From: Macrostomum lignano
Lineage: Eukaryota
Assembly: GCA_002269645.1 (NCBI GenBank)
Contig: NIVC01001264.1
Span: 124,001 to 188,000 of the forward strand
Reading direction: 5' to 3'
DNA length: 64,000 nt
The position numbers and the translations under genes are program-made. Numbering within the stretch: the stretch's first letter is position 1; every line of letters begins with the position of its first letter. Positions 1 to 20,879 of this stretch are shown here, in pieces. Below the pieces are notes generated by a model. The model searched no databases. It was not told the origin of the DNA and saw only the letters and a list, made by a program, of their open reading frames with translations.

Positions 1-2923
1 GCTATTTCTTCGACCTGTCCCCGTCTGCACAGAGTTCAGTTGTACTGCAGGCCCACTGCGCCATCCGAGTCAGCACCGGGGGACCCGTGCCCAGCGGCGC
101 GGACGCCGTTGTCCAAGTTGAAGACACCAAACTAATCGAATCCAGTCCCGACCTGACCAAGGAACTCGTTATAGAAGTGTTGAAGCCGCCAGCTGAAGGT
201 CAGGACATTCGACCGGTCGGTTCGGACATCGCGCTCGGCGCTAAAGTACTTGACGCCGGCGCTAAGATTGGACCATGCGAGCTGGGCATTCTGGCTTCTA
301 TTGGCTGTTCGTTAGTGCCCGTGCACAAGCTGCCGACTGTTGGGGTGGCTTCTACTGGCAATGAGGTTTCAATTGTGCTTGGATGAATTTTCTTCAGTGC
401 ACAACTCACTCCGCTGTACACCCACCCCACTCCACTGTACAACGGAGTGGGGTAGGTGTACAGTGGAGTGGGGTAGGTGTACACTCACCCCACTCCGCGT
501 GCGCACCAACCTCACTAGGCTGAACACGCACCCGACTCAGCTACGTACCAACCTAACCCCGCTGCACACCAACCTCACTCCGATGTACACCCACACCACT
601 CCACTGTACATCCACCCCACTCGACTGTACACCCACCCCACTCCTCTGCGCACCAAACTCACTCGACTATACACTCACCCCACTCCACTACGCACCAACC
701 TCACTCCGTTAAACACCCACCCCACTTCGCTGTACACCCACCCGACTCCGCCATGCACCAACCTCACACCAATCTCACTCCGCTGTACACCCACCCCCTC
801 CACTGTACAGCCACCCCACTCCACTGTACACCCACACCAATCCGGTGCGCACCAACCTCACTCCGCTTAACACCCGCCCCACCCGCCCCACTCCGCAATA
901 CAGTTACTTGACCAGCAAACGAGAGTCCACTCCTCGCAGTTTTCTTTTTTGTTTTTGTCCAGAGACCCTTTTCTATCGTTCAAGTTGAATTGAGTCTACT
1001 AATAGTAGAATTTCACGGAAAATCACAATATACTAAAGTATTTTACTAATTTGCTGCTGCGTTTTTATTCTCACCTCTGAATAGCTGATGGAGCCATTCG
1101 GTGCTGGACTTGGCGGCGCAAAAATTCGCGACAGCAACCGCACCACGCTGCTAGCAATGCTGTCCTCGCATGGCTTCCCGGTTGTTGATCTGGGCATCAT
1201 TCCCGATAAGTGAGTTTTGCTGCTCTGATTTGTTCATGAAGTTTTAGTATGTTTCTGTGATACTCATGATACTTCTATGATACTATATCCACTCACTCAC
1301 TCACTCACTCACTCACTCACTCACTCACTCACTCACTTACGCACTCTCTCACTCACTTACGCACTCTCTCACTCACTCACTCACCCACTTACGCACTCTC
1401 TCACTCACTCACTCACCCACTCACTCACTCATTCACCCACTCACTCACTCACTCACCCACTCACTCACTCATTCACTCACTCACTCACTCACTCACTCAT
1501 TCACTCACTCACTCACTCACGCACTCACTCACTCACTCACTCACTCACTCACTCACTCACGCACTCACTCACTCACGCACTCACTCACTCACGCGCATGA
1601 TTATAATGAGCATGTTATAATTTTCAGGGCGGATTGCCTAGTGACAGCTTTTGAGAAAGCTATCAAGACCTGCCAAGTGATAGTCACTACTGGCGGTGTA
1701 TCCATGGGCGAAAGGGTGAGCTTCATCATTTCCATATCCAAAGATATTTCGTTTTGCAAAGTCTGCAAGATAAAAACAGCGTTGAAATTGCTGTTGACTT
1801 TCTATTTTTGTGAACAATTTTGTAGGATCTTGTAAAGCAAGTTTTAACAGCCGATTTCAATGCAACGCTACACTTTGCGCAGGTGCGAATGAAGCCAGGG
1901 TAAGATATAATTACTCATTTTTCGTCTGTGCGATTATTTTTTTTATGTTTAATGAGCGAAAATTTTCTGCGTCTCTAAATTGATGTAAAGATGTCGATTT
2001 TATAGGAGATTCGTCCAAACGGTCCTTTAGAGTCCTCTTTAAACCCAAAAATCATAAATAATATATAAACTGAAAGGTATTAGTCACATTGGGCTAAGCG
2101 GACATCAACTCTCTCCCGCAGCAAGCCGACCTCCTTTGCAACCCTATCAGTTGCCAATCGGCACCCGGTTCTGTTCTTTGGCCTGCCCGGAAATCCCGTT
2201 AGCGCGTTTGTCACGGCTAATCTGTACGTGATTCCCGCCTGCCGGAGGCTTGGCGGCTGGTCGACGCCCCAGCGCTCTGTTTTTAATGTCAAGGTGAGGT
2301 TCAAAGCGGCCCAAATCCGTAATTCCTGTCTGTTTTGTGGAGAGCAACAGAGGAAGTATAGAGAAGAGGAGAGGGAGGGAGGGGAAGAGAGTGAGGGAGG
2401 GGAAGAGAGTGAGGGAGGGAGAGGAGAGGAAGAAGAGAGGAGAGAGAGGTGAGAACGAGGGGGTAAAAGGAGGGGAGAACAGAAAGTGATCAGAAGAGGA
2501 CAGGAAGTGAAGTGGAGTCTTTTACAGCAGAACCGGATCAATCTTCTATATGAATGGAAAATAAGCTAACAGATAGGAGGCACACGGAGAAGGGTTTACG
2601 CATTGGGGACGCAAAGTTGTACAAAAAGCAAATTAGCAATGCTGCGCTAATTCTGGGATTTTATCACCCAACAAAAACTGCAGCTTGGCCAGGAGATCCG
2701 TCTGGACCCCCGGCCAGAGTACCACCGCTGCACTCTGCAGTGGCCCAGCGGCATCGATGCGGATGTCCTGCCAACCGCCTGGAGCACGGGGAGTCAGGCC
2801 AGCAGCCGCCTGCTCTCCTGTCAGTCAGCGAGCGGCTTGCTGATTCTGCCGGCTCGTTCCGACTCGCTACTCAGCCTGCCGGCTGGTCACGTGACCCAGT
2901 GCATGCTGCTGGACTGTCCCTAG
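1..2923 (+). CDS. GPHN: Gephyrin / molybdopterin molybdotransferase (MoeA/E domain), 3' part; exons <51-365, 1085-1209, 1628-1715, 1826-1899, 2122-2293, 2684-2923
   Basis: Spliced translation gives [70 protein letters not shown] and [10 protein letters not shown]. All junctions are GT-AG and in phase; stop TAG at 2921-2923. The 5' part lies outside the window. Confidence 0.95.
400..870. repeat. Degenerate C/A-rich minisatellite (CACCCACTCCACTGTA-like) in gephyrin intron
   Basis: Recurrent tgtacacccaccccactc and gcaccaacctcact units. Confidence 0.8.
1288..1595. repeat. (CACT)n microsatellite, intronic
   Basis: Direct reading of the sequence. Confidence 0.95.
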
Positions 2924-2969
2924 TGCCTGTCTGTGGCGATCGCATGAGTAATGTTCTTATGTGACTTAG

Positions 2970-3137
2970 GCGCAACCTTGGGATTCGCCCGGTCGTTTCT
3001 ATTGGCGGCACACGCATGTAAGTCGCTATTGAACGGAATCACGTGAACGGACGGACTCACGTGACTGCTCTCAGCCAATAGCGACTTACATGTGTGTGTT
3101 GCCAGTGGAAACGGCCGGGTGATTCCCAAGGTTGCGC
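2970..3137 (+). other. Long inverted repeat / RNA hairpin (62-bp arms, 44-nt loop) just 3' of the gephyrin stop
   Basis: Arms 2970-3031 and 3076-3137 pair without indels: 54 Watson-Crick pairs, 7 G-U and 1 U-U on the + strand. Confidence 0.9.
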
Positions 3138-3359
3138 ATGTATGTGATGTGACGACGTAGCTTCAATATAGACTGTAGCTTCATTATATTTATCTAATAA
3201 TTAGCCTCATTAGAATACACATTAGGTTTTAAATTTTCAATAGAATTCCTTCTTATACGATAATACATCGAAGATTAATTAATTTAAGCCAAATGATTTA
3301 CGTGATTGCGAGAATTTCATTGTAGGTCTGACTTTGAGATTCTACTAAAATCGCACTAT

Positions 3360-3510
3360 CCTAATACGTTGTAAAGATGTTCTTAACTTTGGTTGCGCGC
3401 GGATGATGTGGCCTGCCAGCTGGAGTCGCCGATGGTGCAAGGGGTCGCCGACCTTGAAGATGACGCTCAGCAGGCCAGCGTCTGCCGCGTAAACTTGCTC
3501 CCTGGAGCAC
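3360..3510 (-). mobile_element. Small non-LTR retrotransposon (LINE) remnant, post-RT C-terminal region
   Basis: Minus frame contains RRLQLAGHIIR, resembling the RRLxxAGHxxR motif at the end of RTE/CR1-like ORF2. Confidence 0.45.
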
Positions 3511-4440
3511 CCCAGAAAGTACATGTATATCGAAGAAGAGTCCCTATAGGGAGAGGAGCATTCTGTGTGACTGTTACATTTCAAGGTCACACTTGACTCA
3601 GGTGCGATTGTCCCAGTCAATTATTGTGCCTTAGGAAATAATTGCTAAAATTGTTTCATTTAATGGCTCTCTTGTGTTTTTCTCTATTCTTTTTGCAGCT
3701 GCGTCTGTCTGGAAATAGACAGTCTCTTTACAGCTCCAGCTGCATCAATCGTAGGATGCAGCAGTTTAGGCCAGACAAAAAACTGTTGCCGAAGCGCTGC
3801 ACTGGTCGGTTTAGCAATTTAATGTACTGAAACTGATTGACAGTAGAAGCACCAAAAGGTAGGGGGGGGGCTTGCTAATGCCTCCAAATTTCATCAGAAT
3901 GTCGTCCAAAATGTGCCTACATCAGCTCTGACTTTGTTAGTCTCTAGCCTTCACCTAGGCGGAGCTTCTGGACCTTCTGCAAGTCCATAGTCGCCTGGTG
4001 TCATCCCTGATGGAGGTGCTGACGGCGTCTGGGTGATGACTGAATGCTTGAGACTAAATACTTTGAAATATACTTAGGACCGTTTTAATGCCGGATACAA
4101 GTTTATAGTACCTGTAGTTTCCGAAAGCATTACGGTAAGCGGCTTGGACTCCTCATCGGGCTCAATTTGATTATTCACGAGCCTTTTTATGTCCAGTATG
4201 CTACCGCTTGCAGCGGTCGATCGATCTCTTTCACAGCTTCTTGTTTCAAAAGGAACCATGCAGTCTTGCTTTTAGATACTTTGGCTTGGGGCATTCTTCC
4301 TTAATTCCATGAGTGACTTCGTAGCAGCGACTCCGGCACTGACATTACGCCTGGTCTCGTGCAACGCATGCACACTAAGAGTAGCTATCTCTGCTAAGTA
4401 GTGCGTATGTCCAGTACTTGGAAGATGCTTGGTACATGTA

Positions 4441-5480
4441 CAAGGGATATTCAATAAGTTTCCGGATGCGAAAAGACTGAAATAGTTATAGAGCAACTGA
4501 CAGTCATATTTTTTCAAGGTACTCTCCAGAAGAGTCTACACCGCTGCATCCCCTCAAACCATTTATTGAAGCAGCTGGACCACTATAAACTTGGCACCCC
4601 CTTGACATGCTTGATGAATGTCTCGACTGCAGCTTCCGGCGATGAATTGCAACTGGCACACATCTGCTTAATTTGCCGAAACACGAAGAAGTCGCACAGG
4701 GGTCAGGTCTGGGCTGTAGGGTGGATGGCCGAGCTCTTGAATGCGTTTTTCAGCCAGGAATTCTACCACTTGCCTGGCATTGTCGTGATGAAGAAGCACA
4801 CCCCGAGCTCGAGTCCTTGGGTGGCAACTAGAGAGACAACTCAGCGCTTGGCAGGCAGAAGTTGGTACACCAGTTGCCAGTGATTGTGTGCGTTGCTGCA
4901 CAAGTGGCACGGTCGCTAGATGATCAGCTTTCATCACAAAAATGGCCACCATCTGCTTTGCCACGCTGTGTTCTCGCTGCAGCTTCAATGGTTGGGCGCC
5001 TCCAACTGGTGTCCACTGGATCGACTGCTGCTTGGTCTCTGGGTCAAAACTACAGATCCAGGATTCGTCACCACTGACGAGTTCCCAGACTGAGTTTAAG
5101 CGGCCACTATCAAATCTAGCTCGTATCAAGCATGGCGCATGGCACCAAGCCACCTGAGCCTCCTTTGCTCCTCCGTCAGGTGATGAGGCACCCAGCGTGC
5201 AGAAACCTTGCTCAGATTGAGCCTTGAGCGCAGGATCGTGCGGATGGTCCCGATGAGATGTCCACTTCTGTCTCTATCTGGGTCACAGTTACCCTGGCAT
5301 CATCCTCAATCATGGCCCGAATGGCAGCAACATATTCTCATCCCTTGCTGCGGAGGTGGGCCGGCCGCTGCACTCTTCATCATCCAGACTCCGCTGGCCA
5401 CGTCGGAAGGTGCTTCATTGCCCAAAGCCGCTTGAAGTCGCTCAAAGCTTCAGCTCACAGCTCACGGTGTAACTTGTGCC
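4441..5480 (-). mobile_element. Degenerate mariner (DD34D) transposon
   Basis: Frameshifted minus-strand pieces include SLDDEECSGRP, KVSARWVPHHLT, VSGDESW, LLHHDNAR, HPPYSPDL and KWFEGMQRC. A TIR-like end TA|CAAGGGATATTCAATAAGTT lies at 4439-4460; the partner TIR was not found. Confidence 0.9.
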
Positions 5481-5824
5481 GAGTGTGCAATTCCTTACGG
5501 CCCTTCCACAGATAGCTACAGTAATTGGTACATGAGATGCCTCTCGTGCTGATTGAAATTATGGATACCTGGTATTTACAGTACACACGTCTTCATCATT
5601 CATCTGTTTGTTGCATTTGAATCGCGGCTTCTTTGAAATCAGGAAGTTTCTGTAGGTTGGTTTTAAAGTGGATTCGTGCACATCGTGGCGAAATTATTCT
5701 GCTATATACACTGCAGAATTTCCTTATTGCATTCTGACGTGGGTCGAGCTGCCGCATTTTTGACAACTAGAATTCCCAGACAGTTTCGTCTTCTGATTTA
5801 GGTGCAGGCTTCATAACAGTGTTA

Positions 5825-6047
5825 CTCTTAACAGTGTCAGAGAAAGTTCTTATCACACTATTTTGTGCCTCACATGCTGCTCTAACGCCGCAATAATCGA
5901 TTTTTCATGTTAAATTGGTCTGTCACTTGAAAAAACGTTTAAAATAATGACAAAAACAATTTAACATGAAAAATCGATTAATGCGTCGTTAGAGCAGCAT
6001 GTGAGGCACAAAATAATGATTAGGACTTTCTCTGACACTGTTAAGAG
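5825..6047. repeat. Inverted repeat (about 92-bp arms, 39-bp spacer); foldback/MITE-like
   Basis: 5825-5917 is the near-perfect reverse complement of 5957-6047 (ctcttaacagtgtcagagaaag ... ctttctctgacactgttaagag). Confidence 0.9.
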
Positions 6048-7106
6048 ACCCAATCACTGTTTTAATGTTTTTTAATTTCCTATCTCCGTAGTGTATTTTT
6101 CCGGTGAAACCTGCCTTTAAAACTATTTCTGAACAAAAAGCTTTATGAATATCGATAAAGCAATAAGAAAGGCACAGCATATCAAAAGATGAACACTGGA
6201 TCTGCCTTCTATCAAAAGCAATAACAATTTTTGTGCTGAAAAAATTAAAACCTATCTCTGTGGTGTATTTTTCGGCGAAAAGTTGCCTTCAAAACATTTA
6301 CCTTAGATTTCGAGTGTAGCGTCCAATATATATATTACTTGAGTATTCCTTGACTGTATGTACTGCCATTTAAATTTAAGCGATAATGAAAATCGAAAAA
6401 CACCAAATAAAATAATCATTTTTATGCTTTTGCAATGCTGAAACTTTATGTTTTGTAGATTTTTTGTTTTAAAAGGTCTTAAATTTTGAAGGAAAAGGTC
6501 TACATTTTTCACAAAGTTTAAATCTAAAATTTTCACATTAAAGACTTATTTTACTTTAGTTAGCTAAAATATTTCAACGCATTAAAAACTTTTGTTTTAC
6601 ATAGAAAAAACTCAACAAGAAAAATCACAACAATAAACTTTTTTAGGTAGCTAAAATCTAAAAAAATTATATTAAAAAGTTTTGTTTTACCTAGTACGTA
6701 GGTAAAATCTAAAGAAATCACAACATTATTTAAATGGTTTTGTTTTACATAGAAAAATCAAAGAATAACTCACAGCATTAGCTAATTAAAAAGTTTTATT
6801 TTATTTAGATAAAATCCACAATTATCATTTAAAGTTTTTTTTACTTCGTAACATCTAAAAGACTCACAACATAATTTTTTTTGTTATGATTTTGTTAAGT
6901 GCTCAAAAAATTGATTGTGGCTCTTAATTAAGTAAAACAGTTTAAACGGATCCGTTATTTTTGCTTGTGGAATGCTTGAAAAAAATGATTTGTAGTTTTG
7001 GTTCACAAAAGTTGCTTCAAATAATTTTGAGGGAGGGGTAGTGACTTCGCAAATCACAGTTGTTTATTCAACTTTTTTGAGGTTGAGAATTTAGAGCTGA
7101 ACAGAT

Positions 7107-7802
7107 CTATAGATTCAGCTGCTTCAGGTGGTATTGCCTGTCCAGGAGTTCGCATTGAATGCCCATGTATCCGATCGGGCAACTGGAAAATCAACGAATT
7201 TCAACAAAAACTCATCGGAATTGAGACAAGGGCTAAATCAGAAGCCAAAAAATAATAATTAGCTACCTGCATATATTTTTCCCGTTCAGAAGAAACCTGG
7301 TACAGATGCCGCCGTGAATGCAGGGTTTCTTGCAGATCGGGGGTTCGCTCATCCAGCGCTCGAGTTTCTTCTCGAACTCGGCGTCCTTGGCTTCGGTTGT
7401 TTCCTCGTCTTCCGTTTCGATCTTGCGGGCCGGTAGCTGCTCGGCAGGCTGGGGAAGGGCAGTCGGTGTCGGTGCAGGCGTCGTCTTGTCGAATCCGGTC
7501 GGAGGCATCGCAGTCGCTTTGGCGTTGCGACTCACCTGGATGCGGATGGTGACAACGGCGCCCTCGGAGATGGTGGCGCGGACGACCTCCTCAAATTTCT
7601 CAAGCCGTGAGCCCGGCAGTTCGCGGCGGCACAGAGTCTTGTTCACGTTGAGGCGCGGCTTGCCGTCCACGCTGATCAGGGCGCTCAGCTTCACGTCGCC
7701 TCCTTCTTTGTCCTGCAGCTGCTGCTGCTTCTCGTGCTCGATGCTGGTGCAGAGCATCGAGGGAACCTGCATCAGCGCTAAAAGCAGAAAGAATGGCGGC
7801 AT
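7107..7802 (-). CDS. Secreted single-EGF-domain protein, 203 aa; exons 7802-7267 and 7182-7107
   Basis: Hydrophobic N-terminus MPPFFLLLALMQVPSMLC. An 84-bp GT-AG intron completes the six-Cys EGF motif CKKPCIHGGICTRFLLNGKNICS|CPIGYMGIQCE, followed by a stop after 14 more residues. Confidence 0.85.
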
Positions 7803-8067
7803 GGATAGGTTAGTGAAACGCGTTGCTTTTGCAAATTGTCAAGAAAGAACCAAGACGGACTCTTCTCGGATCTGGATGCAACGACTTCACCCAAAATATC
7901 GGATCAATTTATGGACATGGCGCTCCCAGCTAATTGGCTGGCGCCTCTCGCCAGACGACGCGGGCAACCATTGGCCTACGGACTTAATTGATTCCGGAGA
8001 AAACCGGCCTTGGCGAAGGACCGCGAGGCCGCTCCACCAACTCTTAACTTAATCTTACTCGCCAGGC

Positions 8068-8526
8068 TTAATTCCTCCGCATGTCGCTCCAGAAGCGTAT
8101 CTCAGCATGTACAGCGCCGCGATCGTATTGGTCTTTCATGATCGCGACGATCTGGTCCATCAAATGTTCTTTGCATCTGAAGTACAGAGGGTTGTCTCGA
8201 GGTGGGCCTGGTAGGTCTTCAAATCCCACCGCTGTGCCACCAATAAAGTACCTGTGGTTCTCAGGTTGTGCTAGCACCGAGCTCTTGGGTTGTCTCATGC
8301 TCTCTCTTGCCAGGAGCCTACTTATCAGTATCCTTGGGTTGTGGAGTTCCCGGTGAATCGGTGTAGAACCTGGCTGGCCTATAGTAGTCGTAGTCGGCAC
8401 AATGCTCAGATAAGTAGCGTCGAACGGAGAGACTTCGCAAGTCGTCAACCTGTGCCGGTGGGGCCGCGGCCGGAGATTTGCCTGCAGATTTTGAGGGACC
8501 AGATCGCAGGTCCAAAAAATGACCAC
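8068..8526 (-). CDS. Possible small ORF of unknown function
   Basis: GC-balanced, non-repetitive 152-codon frame with no recognised motif; could be a TE remnant or UTR. Confidence 0.25.
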   Translation of the reverse strand: MVIFWTCDLVPQNLQANLRPRPHRHRLTTCEVSPFDATYLSIVPTTTTIGQPGSTPIHRELHNPRILISRLLARESMRQPKSSVLAQPENHRYFIGGTAVGFEDLPGPPRDNPLYFRCKEHLMDQIVAIMKDQYDRGAVHAEIRFWSDMRRN

Positions 8527-9334
8527 AAAATGACTTCTAACAAAATTTGCTTACTAGATATTAGATATTACTTTTATGCATAATTAATTACGTGCAAAAT
8601 CCAACTTACAGAATTGTAGTAAGCCTGCCAGATGTTAGCAAGTGATCATAAGCTAGTGTATATTTTTGGAATTTTGTAGCAAAATTGATCCATGCAGTTC
8701 TGATGAGTTTGATAAGTCAATATAGTTTGTTATAATCTGCAAACTAATATTTTTGTCGGCATTAATAAAGTTTGACTAGACTTTCACACGCCACACCACG
8801 AGGCATATAGATATCTTCATCATCTGGCATGTAGGATTGATATCATGATCAAGAGTCGTAGATCCATGAGCTAGCTATTAAATGTAGAGTTCACCAGGCG
8901 ATCAGCTGACTAACCCCTCTCGATATCTCGTAGTTCTAAGCAATTAAATATTTTAAGACATGAAGAAAAAATTGTTAAATTATCTTATAGAATTCGACGT
9001 ATCATTGCTGATTCACAAATCAAATGTCAAGAAATCAGAAAGTAAAGGTGACAAAAATAGCTCGCTTTATTTCGCTCAATTAGATTTTGGAAGGACAAGG
9101 CCACGTATTTTTTGAAAAAAAATCTTTGAGATTACACCTTGCAATGTTGTTCTAAATTAAAATATGTTTTTAGACATTTTCTGGCATTATTTAGACGCTC
9201 TTTATCTGAGAATACGTTGCATGTGGAGATATTAGTATCAATAAATAAATTTGACAGCAAAAATCAAAACTTTCATTGCATTTCTCTGTTCGAGACAAAC
9301 TCAGTAAACTAGCGAACTATGCTGAGTCAGTCTT

Positions 9335-9715
9335 GCTTGTGAGACATGAGTTTCCCGGTTGTGAGACATGGGTTTCCCGGTTATGAGACATGGGTTTCCC
9401 GGTTATGAGACATGGGTTTCCCGGTTGTGAGACATGGATTTCCCGGTTGTGAGACATGGGTTTCCCGGTTGTGAGACATGGATTTCCCGGTTGTGAGACA
9501 TGGGTTTCCCGGTTGTGAGACATGGATTTCCCGGTTATGAGACATGGGTTTCCCGGTTGTGAGACGTGGGTTTCCCGGTTATGAGACATGGGTTTCCCGG
9601 TTATGAGACATGGGTGTCCCAGTTGTGAGACATAGGTTTCCCGGTTATGAGACATGGGTTTCCCGGTTATGAGACATGGGTTTCCGGTTGTGAGACATGG
9701 GTTTCCCGGTTGTGT
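9335..9715. repeat. 22-bp minisatellite (TGAGACATGGGTTTCCCGGTTG/A)
   Basis: Period 22 read directly. Confidence 0.95.
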
Positions 9716-9927
9716 GATAGGTTGTAATTTCTGAAAAATGAAAAACAGAATTAGAACTTTTTTCCTATCTTATTATCAAATCATGTGCAAGCGTGTGTAG
9801 AAATCAGGAAAAAATTAAAATAGTTTGTGATTAGTTATTATTCTTTGTTTAAGTATGACGTATAAATTAAAATTTACTAAATATCAAAACTCATTTAGTT
9901 ATATCTATAAAATTTAGCAGATTATCA

Positions 9928-18287
<8,360 letters not shown>

Positions 18288-18519
18288 CTGCGGATTCGGT
18301 AATCAACATCTTCAGTAGCCTACTTTAAGTAAGCGTGCCGATTTTTTAACAAATATTCTTAAAAATTGTCCAAAATGTTAGATTGAATCAGAATCCGAGT
18401 GACTGTTTAAAGCGTCATCTATTCATAATTAGCGACTCACTTATTTTTCATGACTGATCATTGCTGCAATTCAATAAATAATCATAGCTGCATACAGCAA
18501 TATGATCACTATACTGCTG

Positions 18520-20365
18520 CCGCGATCAAGTGATTATTCCTGTCTGCGTATTCAAATCATTTCCGCGATCAAGAGATAATTCCTGTCTGTATATTCAAAT
18601 CATTTCCGCAATCGAGTGATTATTCGTGTCTGTATATTAAAATCATTTGCGCAATTAAGTGATTATTCATTTTTGCATATTCAAATAATCATTTCTGAGA
18701 CCAAGTGATTATTCCCGTCTGCACATTCAAATAATAATTTCTGAAATCGAGTGATAATTCCTGTCTGCATATTCAAATAATCATTTCTGAAACCGAGTGA
18801 TGATTCCCGTCTGCATATTCAAATAATCATTTCTGAAATCGAGTGATAATTCCTGTCTGCATATTCAAATAATCATTTCTGAAATCGAGTGATTATTCCC
18901 GTCCGCATATTCAAATCATTTCCGCAATCGAGTGATTATTCGTGTCTGCATATTCAAATCATTTCCGCAATCGAGTGATTATTCATTTCTGCATATTCAA
19001 ATCATTTCCGCAATCGAGTGATTATTCATTTCTGCATATTCAAATCATTTCCGCAATCGAGTGATTATTCATTTCTGCATATTCAAATCATTTCCGCAAT
19101 CGAGTGATTATTCATTTCTGCATATTCAAATCATTTCCGCAATCGAGTGATTATTCATTTCTGCATATTCAAATCATTTCCGCAATCGAGTGATTATTCG
19201 TGTCTGCATATTCAAATCATTTCCGCAATCGAGTGATTATTCATTTCTGCATATTCAAATCATTTCCGCAATCGAGTGATTATTCATTTCTGCATATTCA
19301 AATCATTTCCGCAATCGAGTGATTATTCATTTCTGCATATTCAAATCATTTCCGCAATCGAGTGATTATTCATTTCTGCATATTCAAATCATTTCCGCAA
19401 TCGAGTGATTATTCATTTCTGCATATTCAAATCATTTCCGCAATCGAGTGATTATTCATTTCTGCATATTCAAATCATTTCCGCAATCGAGTGATTATTC
19501 ATTTCTGCATATTCAAATCATTTCCGCAATCGAGTGATTATTCATTTCTGCATATTCAAATCATTTCCACAATCGAGTGATTATTCATTTCTGCATATTC
19601 AAATCATTTCCGCAATCGAGTGATTATTCATTTCTGCATATTCAAATCATTTCCGCAATCGAGTGATTATTCATTTCTGCATATTCAAATCATTTCCGCA
19701 ATCGAGTGATTATTCATTTCTGCATATTCAAATCATTTCCACAATCGAGTGATTATTCATTTCTGCATATTCAAATCATTTCCACAATCGAGTGATTATT
19801 CATTTCTGCATATTCAAATCATTTCCGCAATCGAGTGATTATTCATTTCTGCATATTCAAATCATTTCCGCAATCGAGTGATTATTCATTTCTGCATATT
19901 CAAATCATTTCCACAATCGAGTGATTATTCATTTCTGCATATTCAAATCATTTCCACAATCGAGTGATTATTCATTTCTGCATATTCAAATCATTTCCGC
20001 AATCGAGTGATTATTCATTTCTGCATATTCAAATCATTTCCGCAATCGAGTGATTATTCATTTCTGCATATTCAAATCATTTCCGCAATCGAGTGATTAT
20101 TCATTTCTGCATATTCAAATCATTTCCGCAATCGAGTGATTATTCATTTCTGCATATTCAAATCATTTCCACAATCGAGTGATTATTCATTTCTGCATAT
20201 TCAAATCATTTCCGCAATCGAGTGATTATTCATTTCTGCATATTCAAATCATTTCCGCAATCGAGTGATTATTCATTTCTGCATATTCAAATCATTTCCA
20301 CAATCGAGTGATTATTCATTTCTGCATATTCAAATCATTTCCGCAATCGAGTGATTATTCGTGTC
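18520..20365. repeat. 43-bp satellite array (GAGTGATTATTCATTTCTGCATATTCAAATCATTTCCGCAATC)
   Basis: Period 43; highly homogeneous from about 18950 to 20340, diverged at the left end. Confidence 0.97.
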
Positions 20366-20879
20366 TGCCTGATTGATTGATGCCCGTTATAAAGAATTAC
20401 GCTTGTAGAATTATAAAAAATAATACAACAGAGATTAAAGTTAATAGCTCTAGCTAGAATTTTAAACTTGATAAACTCATCAACAAAGTAATTTTGGAAG
20501 CGCAACAATAATGGAACAAATTGTGATCTTAAAAATTTATTTAAAATAAACAAGAAACCAAGAAAAACAATCAACATGAACAAGCTGAAATTTATTGATT
20601 TTTTTAAATAAGTGGCAACTATTATTGTAAACATAAGAAAGAAGCAGCAATATAGGAAGCACAAAAAACGCTGGGAAAAAACTCGAAAAACAAACAACAA
20701 CTTTGACAATCAAAAAGTAGAAACGGGAAAAACTTGGATACAAAAGCCGAACAAAAACAGCAGAGAAAAAAACGAAATGCTAAAAAATTGCCAAAAATCT
20801 CGACAAATAACAGGAGAGACCGCCGCTTGGCTCTCTGAAACAGTGCCAGTTTAGAAGGAGCAACTACAGAGAGTTTATT

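Noticed and set aside
3950-4400. Short protein-like frames on the minus strand left of the mariner
   Set aside because: Interrupted by stops, no recognisable family, and I could not build a consistent splice model.
9335-9715. NF-kB-like GGGTTTCCC in every unit
   Set aside because: A motif match inside a minisatellite; no evidence of function.
18520-20365. CRISPR-like regular array
   Set aside because: Head-to-tail 43-bp units with no unique spacers, no cas genes, and a eukaryotic context. The same applies to the other arrays.
20335-20854. AT-rich ORFs after the 43-bp satellite
   Set aside because: Low-complexity Phe/Leu- or Lys/Asn-rich translations typical of non-coding AT-rich DNA.
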